DNA of 64,000 nt from Tubiluchus corallicola (lineage: Eukaryota > Animalia > Priapulida): assembly GCA_030141605.1 (NCBI GenBank), contig JAQGDQ010000097.1, positions 558,001 through 622,000 on the forward strand, written 5' to 3'. Shown piece after piece: positions 52,401-64,000 of the stretch (position 1 is the stretch's first letter; each line of letters begins with the position of its first letter). The notes beneath the pieces are model-generated. The model was not told the DNA's origin, searched no databases, and saw only the letters and a program-made list of their open reading frames with translations. A program made the position numbers and the translations under genes.

Positions 52401-55400
52401 CATATATTACACTTCGTATATACATATGCAAAATGTCATTAAAGAACAGTTACAATATCACGAATACGAGCAAATTTATTGCCGTATCTTCTAATGTTTG
52501 CCTGTTTGGTTCACGTGTTGTTTGAACCACAAAGAAATTAAGTAAATTTAATCATGTATAATCTCCAATCATGTTCCATGTTTTCACATCAAATACTGTA
52601 AATTCGCACGAGAACCTTCAAATGCAGCGAAATTACTGCAAAAACGTTTGATATTTAACAATGGACCCCCCACACAGTCGCCCTTTCAATACTACCTGCA
52701 TCAAGAAATTGAGGATATTCTGCAGTAAGGAAGAATTAAACAGAATTTGCGCAGACGATGCGCAGTTTTATGAAATGCCTGTTTATCTAAAACAAGTTCT
52801 TTAGAAGCAGCATTGTTCATTACAATGTTACTGTACAAATATGGAGAGAACTGTTTCTCCTCCCCTCGCATTCTGGTCTTTTAGAATTCGAGCAAACACC
52901 AACTCTGCCTGCCCAAGATGACCAGAAAATTTTAAGCAGTGCAAACAAAACGCGGGGCTGCATCGTGCAGATGATTTTAGACGAAAAATTCTTATATAGT
53001 AAAATTCTTTTTATCCAAACATGCTGTTTAAACAGTTCGCGTCGCCATTGCGACGCAAGTAAATTTGAAATGTTCTTAATTTAATGAGAAGCTTTTAATT
53101 CTGTTTGTCAGAGTCTGAAGAATTTTCAAAGTACAAAGTCGGTCGAATTGGAATAATCGGAATGTATGGAAAATGTCCTTGAAATTTCATCTCTTAAGCA
53201 GAGGACCTAAAACGAGCCTATTATATTTCATTTACTAAACTTGATTAATGAAAGTTAACCTATTTAGCCAGGGTTGGAGCTGATTCATAATTAAAAAAAT
53301 AATTAGTATCAGTGACAGGTAGGGAAACTTAGTCAGTTTCCAAGTTCAAAATATGCTAAAATATACTAGTATTATATAAGATAGTGTATAATTATGAAAT
53401 GTATCTTTTAGATATTGAACTGTCGTAAGTCAGAATCAGCCTAACGATTTAACTAACGGTTATCACAATTGTGACATCACAATAACTGTTTAATACCTAA
53501 AAATCTATCAATGAAACTCAACTAATCTTATTAACTACGAAGATTGTGAAATATAATCGGAACTTTGGAATGAGTTTAAAAACTGAAATCAAAATTAAAA
53601 CCAGTTCGTCAGACCTCTACATGATAGTATAATAAATTCAAATGTTTGGGCCTTTGAAAGTGGTTAAATAGTATGCTTGTTCGAAGAATTCAAGAGCAGC
53701 ACTGTAAAGTAGCTAGCTCTGCCATTTGGTAATGGCTTGGGGCGCTGACCATTATGAACATCGACGCGAGGGCCACTTCATCAAACTCCGTAGAAAAGCC
53801 TCCAAATGCTCCCCTTTACTGACTAAGTGAGGCTTTCTTGAATGAAAGCTAGGCGGTAAGATTTAGCTGCGTCCTGAAGGGAATATGGTTGGTTCCTTCA
53901 GGCGTGGGTCGTATTCATATAAAAATTTTTTACAAATTCGTAAAATTATGAAAGTATTCATTTAGCTTTTTCTACGTTAGGTTTGTCAACCATTTTTTGT
54001 TTTATGTTTTCACATACACGTTTGTGTGATAAGCGTCGAGTAGAATGGCCTTTCTCGTTTTAGCCTTTTCACTGCCTCCACGGCACTTTCAAGTCTGAAG
54101 CGAAGTGAGATTTCAATAGACGCTTCTATCGCTTAAGGTCAATTCGTAATACGTTCTCAATAACTTTCTAAAACCTACACAGGTATCGATATAATGGCTG
54201 CTGATATTAGTGCACCTGTGTATAGAGATGAGTGCTAAGATGCATTCAGACCACCTTGCAGGATTTCACACCTTCATAAAAGAGATATGGGCATTAAGAA
54301 GCGCGCCCTTTCAGAGCTTACTGCGCCCTCAAGATTAGAGAAACCACGAGTGGATGGGCTGCCACGGTCATTCTGGGTTAAGTGAGGATTGACTGTCCAT
54401 CAGAGGCGCAGGTGGACAGCGGTCAAACGGCCCATGAAGTACCTATTTTAACATAATAACCTAATAGAGAGTTTTAATGCGCAGTTAGTAGATGGGTTTG
54501 CGAGTCAAGGCCGATATTTCAATGTAACCCTGGTCTGACATACAGCCAGCAAATGTTTCAAGTGGACGTGAGTGACTCGAGCACTTTCCTTGGCAAAGGC
54601 AACTCAAAACCACTCACAAAATACATTAGAAGGCACTTTAGCCTTTAACTAACTGCTGAATTAACTTCAATTTTCCAGAACTACAAAGGCAGTCTTGATG
54701 AGTGCCAAGCAGTATGTAATTATCTTGAGCAAGTTTGGTTCTCAGGTTTGTTAATATTAAGCTTATAGTACTGTTGCTGAAGTTCTATTAACCTTATTTG
54801 ATTTTGTCGTTTTAAATCAATATAAATAATTAAAAATAATTTCTTAATATTTGTAGTAATTCATCAATTTAAAGGTTTAATGAGTTTAAAAAAATTAGAC
54901 TGTAGGTGTTATGGACTTACGTACATAAAGATCGTAGAGCGACGGTCACTGAGTAATTTCATTTAAAATATTAGGCTAAATTTCATTAAAAAATTGAACT
55001 AATTACAGCATATCTGTATGGAAGGCAGATAATCGAAACAGTGACCAAATTTAGCAGATGCGCTGCCTTCAGTAAGAAACTGCAGATGTAAGTAAATTTA
55101 TACTTAACGGTTAGTAACACTGATGAATGGAAAATAAACTAAAAACGCAATTTGACAGACGAATTGTCTTTCTTATGTCCGGTTCTCAGTCGAAGGTTGT
55201 ATTTGTGTACTTTGCGTTTAGTAATGACTCTATAAACGAAATTTATCGGAATATACACTGATAAAGCATTTGCTGATCAAACTTGGGAAACCCGGAAAGT
55301 TCTCTTCCATTAATTGCATACGTACAATCGTACACGCATTAAGCGTGGAAAGATGTTATTAAAAAATGCCCCGTGGATCTGCCGCGGCAAGACCATTAAA

Positions 55401-58400
55401 TATGAAGTTGAAAGGTTAAACGAAGTTTGATGTCACGTCAAATGTGGTCTAGGTTAAAGTGGAACAACTGATGGAGTTCTTCAGTTTGTTTTTGTTGACG
55501 ATGTTTTCTTTTTCTCACAAATGTTTACACAAGTTGGTGCGATTTCACAGGCTTATGCAGTCTCGTTGCAGTGCTACAACTTAGTTACGTATACACTAAG
55601 CACATTGAAATATACTTGATATATGCACTTGAAATAAATAAAAGTCACCAAAACACTTAAAGCAAAGAAAACGCTCTTCATAGATAAAGCTTGAAAATTT
55701 GTCTTGAAATTTCATTCACTTACATCCTACCTCACTGCATACAGAGCTTTTAACTAACATTTAGACCCTAAAGATGAGCGTTAGGAGCAGCCATTTTAAG
55801 GGCAGGTTGTTTTAAAGATAGCATTGCGTAAATTTTGAAAAAATACTCAGAGTATTCATTAATTTAGCAAAAATTTAATTACTTTATGTTGTCAATAAGA
55901 TCAATAATGTGTTTTTGGTGAATCAGAGATGCACACTGGGACGAAGTGCCGTTTGGCTAGGTGGGCGTGGGCATTTAAATTATTAAGAATTTTTTTTTAT
56001 TTACGTAAGTCTTTCATAAAGGCAAGCGTAATGCTAGCTAATACAACTTTCTATGGAAAGTTATTCGGTATATATGTTAAAATTCCATTTTCTTCCCCTT
56101 TCAACAGTTACAATTTACGTACAATGCTTTTCCGTTTCACACATCTCCCTTTTATAGATTGACAGTCAAAATCATTTTTCTTTTAATAGAAACTGTCAGA
56201 ACAAGGTTCACTAATTTTAATATTGTGTGTCAGTAACATATCGATTTTGTTGTACATAAGTAACGTGATGAACTACTGAACACACAAATCACCAAGGAAA
56301 CTATAATATTAGAGACAAGGTGTAAATTCGTCACTTTTACGGTAATTTATTCAGGTTTGGTAGTGCTAAATTATTAATTATTCCATCGAATCAATCTAGA
56401 AAATTACGCCGTAGTAGCGTCAGTCAACTGAAATATCTTGATTAACAATAATTTCGTGCTTCCAGATTCCTTCATTTAAAGAATATACAATATTTTTGTC
56501 AAAAGTGCCGCTACCGTCCAATTCAGTCAAACAACAAAGGGCCTGTTTTTAATGTATTATGCTTTTTTGAAGACTTTTAGCCCCAGCAAAAACTGCATAC
56601 AAAAATTCAAAAATGAAAATTAATTCTATTAAAGTATTAATAAACAAAGACTGTACATAGTCATAAGTAATTGTTCTGCGACGAACTAAAACATCAGTGT
56701 CTTATCATCGTCATCATCATATTGCCTGTGTCAACACCGTCATCATCATTGCCGTCATCGTCAGCAACACTAGTTACTGTAATAACAGCATAATGGTCAT
56801 TTGTAAGCGTCGTCGCTTTCAAAATCACCGTCACCATCGCCGTCGCTGCTTACCATTGCCATAGTTACTCTATTAACCCTGTTTTGTGAAATTAAAAAGA
56901 ACAATTACCGTAATTTTTATACAATAATTATGAACACAGCATATAATTTACTTCCAAAATTGCTTGCGTTATGAATTACTGCCTAAACTATTACAGTACT
57001 CTTGTTGACCCTACCAATCAGCTTCGTTACACAGAAGCTCGTCAAACTAAATGGGCTGATAGTAGGTTGATAGTTTGGTAAGAGAAGAAAAGTATTTGCT
57101 CAACTCTTCAGTTGCACAATAGCAAGCTATCCGGACGGCTGCAAGCTCTTCTAGTATCAGCCTCACAGCTAGCATTAGCTAACGTTACAAGACGATTGTC
57201 ATGGCTCAAATGGCTTTCCAAATTGGCCTTAATCTTGTGCTAATTGCTGTCCTGAACAAGCCTGCTGTTACGATCAAGGCAAGCCTACTGTGATTACAAG
57301 CAGATCTGCATTTATATTGCAGTCTTGAAGTTTTTACTGCAGTAATTACACAGTACATACTATGATTAGATTAAGAAGATTCGAATCTTTCTTTAACCGT
57401 CTAGTAGACGTTCAGAAACTATGATTTTTCAAGACTTATATATGTACAAAAGCCAACTGATTTCCCTATATTGAACTCACAGATGACGACTTGCAATGTT
57501 GTTGCTTGTTGTTGCTGACGCAAAAAACTATACTGAATGTTAGTTATAAAATAATTGATCGTACAAAAATCTGCTGTTCTACGTTCAACTACATGAACTG
57601 AATCCTGGTCTTTAGATCGGCCAGACGTGTTAACCCATTCAAGTCCCATTGTCTATAGTCTAAAGGCCAGGAATTCTAAATCTAAATCCCCGAGGTGCTT
57701 AATTTCTGTACTCGGGATTGTTGATCTTTCTCAGCTTAGTGAATGTAATCCCCGAAAAAGGCTAAACTTTTACTACAGCTATAAAACAAATAAAAAATAC
57801 AATTTTTTGCGATCCTAGCTTAGCTTTTAAACTTTTCTACTATTTAAAATTGTACTTATAAAAGAGCAGTGATTAAATTACATAAAAATTATTGTTCTAC
57901 ACGATTTGGCGACTTTTGTTTCAAAAGTTAGTTTCAATATCAGAATTTCATTTTCATTTTAATAAGCTGTCAAAATTTCGCGACATCAATTTCAAAATAA
58001 AACTATAAAAGTTTTAGAAATAGCAACAAAACAAAATTATAGCCGTGGACGTGGATGGCATAATAAAAAAAGTTATGTTTTTATCCGCTTACAAACAGCT
58101 ATTTCGTAGCCAATTTCATCCTGCTTCTTCGATGTAAACATTAGCAATATGCTACCCTCTTCGAAAAGCAAAACCATTGAATTTTGTTAGGGTTATTAAA
58201 ATGTTGTTAAATGTTAATCACATTGTTAATTGCTCGGAAGCGATACCTGACAAGCCACTGGCATAGTTAGCAGTGTCTAGTTTTTTGCTGGATTATTCCG
58301 GTTTATCAGTCTTGAGGGCAGATTTTCTTCTGTTTGCGCAATGTCTATTGTGTGTTGATGATGTTGAGGATGATGATGATGGTGATGATGATGACGACGA

Positions 58401-58973
58401 CGCCGACGACGACGACGACGGCGATGATGATGATGATGATGATGATGAAGACAAAGACGACGATAACCCGCATTGGGCTGCGAAATATCAGTTTATTAGC
58501 AAATAAAACAAATATCTTCTTATTATGGCATCCATGACTCCGCCTATAATCTTTGTTTTTTAAAGATCTTGAAAAGCTTTTATTTTTCGTTGTTTTACGT
58601 AGAATTCCTTCTGTAGCTCTCCGTTACATAGCGGATATTGTCGCCAAACTGTTAGAAACTGTCAACATTTATTACCGCCCAAAACCGCGCCTTCTTTCAA
58701 ACAACTGTTTTTGTAATAATGTTGATATGCTTTACAGCCTGCTATAACGAAGTTACAGAAGGAATTGCAAACAACGAAAAAATGTGCTTTTCAAGATCTT
58801 TAAAAAAGATATAGCGGATTGCGGATGATTATTATAAGAAAGATATTTGTTTTATTTTAAGTTAATAAACTGATAGTTTCGCAAGCCCAACGCGGCTATC
58901 GTCGTCTTTGTCTTCATCAATACGCATCATCATCATCATCATCATCATCATCGCCGACGACGACGACGACGGC

Positions 58974-59024
<51 letters not shown>

Positions 59025-59289
59025 GACAAAGACGACGATAACCCGCATTGGGCTGCGAAATATCAGTTTATTAGCAAATAAAACAAATATCTTCTTATTA
59101 TGGCATCCATGACTCCGCCTATAATCTTTGTTTTTTAAAGATCTTGAAAAGCTTTTATTTTTCGTTGTTTTACGTAGAATTCCTTCTGTAGCTCTCCGTT
59201 ACATAGCGGATATTGTCGCCAAACTGTTAGAAACTGTCAACATTTATTACCGCCCAAAACAGTTGTTTGAAAGAAGGCGCGGTTTTGGG
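58401..59289. repeat. Direct-inverted-direct triplication of a ~285 bp unit
   Basis: 58401-58685 and 58952-59260 are identical apart from (GAT)n length; the ORF track gives the same peptide at 58553 and 59128. 58686-58955 is an error-rich reverse-complement copy. Confidence 0.92.
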
Positions 59290-59582
59290 GTGTTGTTTGT
59301 AATTATTTATCGGTTGGTTATTCAAAAGAGTGGAATGACATTAAGCAGGCGAGGAGGGCGCACGTGTGCAGAAATCCACACTTGATAGTGTAAACATTCA
59401 GCTAGATGATCCAAACATTACAGCACAATTAAAGGCCACCGAATCCCCTCTGCTGTAAACAACTATAAACCAGCTACATTTCCCCAATGCAACAACGAAC
59501 CATAATTATCCTGGCAACACTGTAGTAAACTTTAGCTCAGCAGTGTAGACGAAGTCACCGATTGTGTTTATAAACCATTATT

Positions 59583-59860
<278 letters not shown>

Positions 59861-62800
59861 TAGTATTGTGACTATCGCATTAAACTTTCAAAGTATAAAT
59901 CATTGGGCTTCTCGGAAGACAGGTTACCTAAACGTCTCTTGACAGTATTTACGTTGTGTGTAAATCACCACAATTTTTATTGTCATGGTTTAGCTGTAGT
60001 GATGTACTGCTGTATAAAATCAGCATGGGATGGAAAGAGCAGTTTTGTGTCGCATTCTTCGCTTTTATTGTAAAGGAAATGGAAGTTATGTCCCCATCCT
60101 TCGAGCCCAAGCATCACTTTACATAAGTATCGTTATATTTTAAATAACATAAAAAAGTAATTTGCATAACTGAAAGATGCAGAAAGTGCACATTTTAGTT
60201 AAACATATCGTGTGAGGTGAAGTAACGTATCAAAGACATAGGGCCTACTCATATGATTGAAAATAAGTATCGCGCTAGAAAGTGAAACAAAGTAGACGCG
60301 AAGAAGCGTTTTAAAGCACAAGCAGATTAAAAGAGCAGAAGTTTGCTGAACATAGATGTAAAAGTTGTAAAAATACGCTTTAGTTATATAACTAACCCAG
60401 TTTACAACTAAAACAGTTTTTCGTTGCAAAACATATGAGTATGAAACATGCAAGTAAGAACAACGAATTTTACAAGTTATAGTATCAGCCAAAATATCAT
60501 TTTTAAGATAACTGCGCACAGTTAGAACTAATTTTCTTAAGCCTATTACAATTATATAAATTCTACGGACTCTATAATAATTGCGTTGGGAGGGTGAATT
60601 TATTGACGCTGCTTCTTTTCCGAGCGTTTTAGTTGGAAATGTACCGCCATTTCATGGGAATGAAAACGTGTCATCGTCTTTTTCCATTATTCAAGATCAA
60701 TTATCGATCAATAACACCATCTCCATTAACCCTGCTTCAACGTCTAGATCAGTAAAATCTTTCTGAGCATGCTCAGTAGACGTAAATGCAAAATTGTACC
60801 GCTACAAAAGTAACATATCTCAAATTCATAATTATACCAAAATTGATATTATCTGCAACACGATTACCTTTATACTTTATTATTAAAAATATGGGTGTTA
60901 GTGAATATTTGCCTATTTAGTTTAACCATTCAATGTCTTAAAACGATTTCTTCTAGAATTTAAAGCCAAAAGGCAGAGTTAGTGATAAATCAATTGCTGC
61001 ATAACATAAGTGCATTATGATGCATTTGAAAAGGCTCCTTGGGCGCTTAGACCCTGAGAATAAACAGATTTGCAACGCAACTTAAAAGCCAGGGGTTTTT
61101 TGAAAGGAATTCAAAAGGAAAGCCTTGGATCGTTATATGGCAAGAACCAGGCTCAGCATGTCTTATAGGGACGTTTTGTGTTGTTTTACAAGTCTTAGGA
61201 TTATGCGAGTAATTTTCCGTAACGGTTGCCCCAAAATCCAAGCCTACCATTTCCACTTCTCCTGCTTATAGATTTAACATGAAAATGGATTTGATGGAAG
61301 TGCTATGAGCTTATTTAATTCTTTTGCGAAGTTGGTTTATAAAAAAGTGAAACTTCTCATTTTTGCCAGTTTCTCTCGCTTTATTTAAAACGTAAAAACT
61401 ACAAGCAAAGCTGCTTAGTTGCAAAACAAAACATCACATTGCTTACCAACCTTTTAACGTTAGCAAGTAAACTTATGAGAATATCTCATGTGTTCTTTTT
61501 TTATTTTTGGTGGACTATTCGTTGATATTTTTGTTTTAAAATTTGCGTCATGTCGCCACGTTCTGTTGTTCAAAATTCAACAACTCCAAAATTTATGCTT
61601 TGTTTATGTAGCAGAGGTTATAGGTTTTTTGCAAATTAGGTCTTCTAATAACCCGTAGATATGGAGGATAACATGTACGATATGTTTGAAATTAATTTAC
61701 AAGGTGGCATTTTTTACAATATCTTGTCTTGAAAATAAGAAAAATTTAGCAAGGAATTACAATACTTATGCTAAGTTTTGTTTTACCTTTAATTTTATTA
61801 ATAGATAACTGTTATAAATAGTTGGAGCTAGGTCAGGATTTGTTTTGAAAATCATACATTAATATGCCATCCCGGAATTCGCATTTTTAATTGGGCCTAA
61901 AATGACATTGCATAACACTTAATAATAAGACCTGGAGCATTTACATAGCACTTAATAATAACAAAAAATCTTATAATGAAAAAATGAGAAAAAGCGATGC
62001 ACCGCTGTATATTTTATCCTTTTTTCTTTAAAGCAAGCTAACACTAATGAGCTGAATGTATTTTCTCATTTCTTCTTCTATCTTCTCATTTCTTCATAGT
62101 GATTTTTTCATATAATCTACAAATTCGAATTTCTGTGTTGAAAGTTATATACGATGTGTATTTAATTGCTACGGTTTTATTGTGATTTTAATAATTAACG
62201 GCTAGGCAAACGAGTTATTATAATTATTCAAACCCAGGTAGGCCTATCACGTGACCACCTGCCCACGGCTTACTTGCGTGAACGGCAATCATCATCGGCG
62301 CAACAAAGTGTTTCTTTGAGACACGCAGGGCAAGGCGGATTCCTCACAGAGCCGTTTGTAGATGATTGTGGCAACGAAAACAAAAAACTGGTTGAATGTT
62401 TTGCTTTCCGCAGACAGACGTGGCGGGCAGAGCTGAATAATAAATTAATCTGCACATCCACTGTTGATTCATTCACAGATGGTTACTGAAAGTTGTGACA
62501 AAAAGTATCAAAATTATGGCACAAAAGCTCCGCTCTTCTTCATCGAGATGCAATGATAATATTTACCCTTCTGGGAGCCCCAAGTTAATATTCTACCACG
62601 CAAGGTGACAAAAGGCCACCCAGGTAACGAGTTTCAGAATTTTAACATGCAAAACGCCCAAGCCCGGGTTTTGCGTATAATTTTTGTTACGTATTTAATC
62701 GTTAATTACCTTACTTTGGATATAATGCCCGGTAGTATTCAACAGATATTATTTTAGAATTTTTGAGTACGTTACTAAAATGTTTTTATGTAATTATTCA

Positions 62801-64000
62801 AATGCAAAGAAATATTGACTGTCTTTTGTGGCTTTTTATTTGGCACATACTGCATTTTGCGAAATTTTCATCGTATCTATATTTTATGTTAGTCTCTGCA
62901 CATTTTAGTACGTAACCTCAGTGTATATAAAATAACGTTACTGCAATCTTTTTTGTAACATTCTGACTTGAAAATGAAGGTTTACTTTATTTTTACCTTT
63001 TGTATTTAGTGACTTTTTTTAGTTATAAATATACTTCCACGCACAATGCTATTTCTCTAAACATTTTTTGACATTTTTGACAATTTTTTGACAAAAATTG
63101 AAGATTTTCTTTTGTTTAATGCTTCTAACTAGCGACTTCTCTCATTATAAGCAATTTTAGCACTAGTTAGAACTAGTCAGAACTAGTTAGAAGTCTGAAA
63201 TTGAATTATACTTATATGTTTTTCATTTTGATTATTTTGGTGAAGGCGCCATATAATTAGTAACCGCAAAAAACTCAAATAAAAATGGACCTAAATATTG
63301 GCTTGTAAACAGTAATACAAAAAACTAGAAAGTAGAAAATGTCGTTTTTCCTGACGATTCTTTCGTAACTGTCACACGGAATGTGTGTCAGTCGTAGCAG
63401 CTGTACGTTGACGATGTTTTTGTATCATATTCATAATGTGTCTTCAGAAAATATTTTGCCAGACTGCGGGTCGTTTTCGCAGAACCTTAAAATATCAGCG
63501 CCGTGATATCGACACACAAAGAACCCGTAACGGCACGATATATGCAATAAGTTTTATTATTTCCACAACAAACAGAAGAAAGTAGCAAAGCAAAACAAAT
63601 AGCAACTCGCCTGCATAAATAAAATAAACACAAATATTCGTAGAATATATAAATCTAAAGTTCACTTACTAGATACTTGCAGTGATGATTGTGCGGCGGT
63701 GGCGAAAAGACGTGCGCAGGAAAAAGGTGAAAAAGTGTTCAGAGTGCACAGGTGATTTTTGAAAAGTGTTAGAAACTATGGTTAAACATCGGTGAAATGA
63801 TATCACTGTTTTTTGCCAATTTCAAAACTTTAAACTTGGGCGATAAAAGATCATAGAGAGTAGTGGTAGAGGTATTTTTGCACAATAACATTTTTGTGCA
63901 AGTGGGCGACGGCTTTGATTTGACACTCTGAAATAAGTGGGTCAAGTCTCTGAAGGACTTGATGTTGGTGACAACTCACGAATCGTACGTGTACGGACAC

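Noticed and set aside
57630-57650. TTAACCCATTC piggyBac-like end
   Set aside because: No matching opposite terminus was found.

Overview
AT-rich invertebrate animal (bilaterian-type) nuclear DNA. The only clearly intact gene is an intronless FoxC forkhead transcription factor (+, ~29167-30657), with a GC-rich promoter and a ~33 kb downstream gene desert containing candidate enhancers. Upstream on the minus strand are three spliced genes or gene fragments, each carrying a reading-frame lesion: a DEG/ENaC channel (two frameshifts plus an in-frame TAA just before the GxS filter), a CHST-type Golgi sulfotransferase (lesion just upstream of the PAPS-binding motif) and a melatonin-receptor-like GPCR fragment (in-frame TAG, truncated). 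The rest is LINE remnants, tRNA-derived SINE heads, MITE/foldback elements, palindromes and many microsatellites. Most notable unexplained structures: (1) a direct-inverted-direct triplication at 58401-59289 whose two junctions both fall exactly on short interrupted inverted repeats (ODIRA/template-switch signature, or an amplification/long-read artefact); (2) several dispersed minimal hammerhead-ribozyme-like motifs of the Penelope-element type, one a single base away from a canonical core; (3) a ~250 bp near-perfect palindrome at 38991-39242. All calls were made by eye, without database searches.
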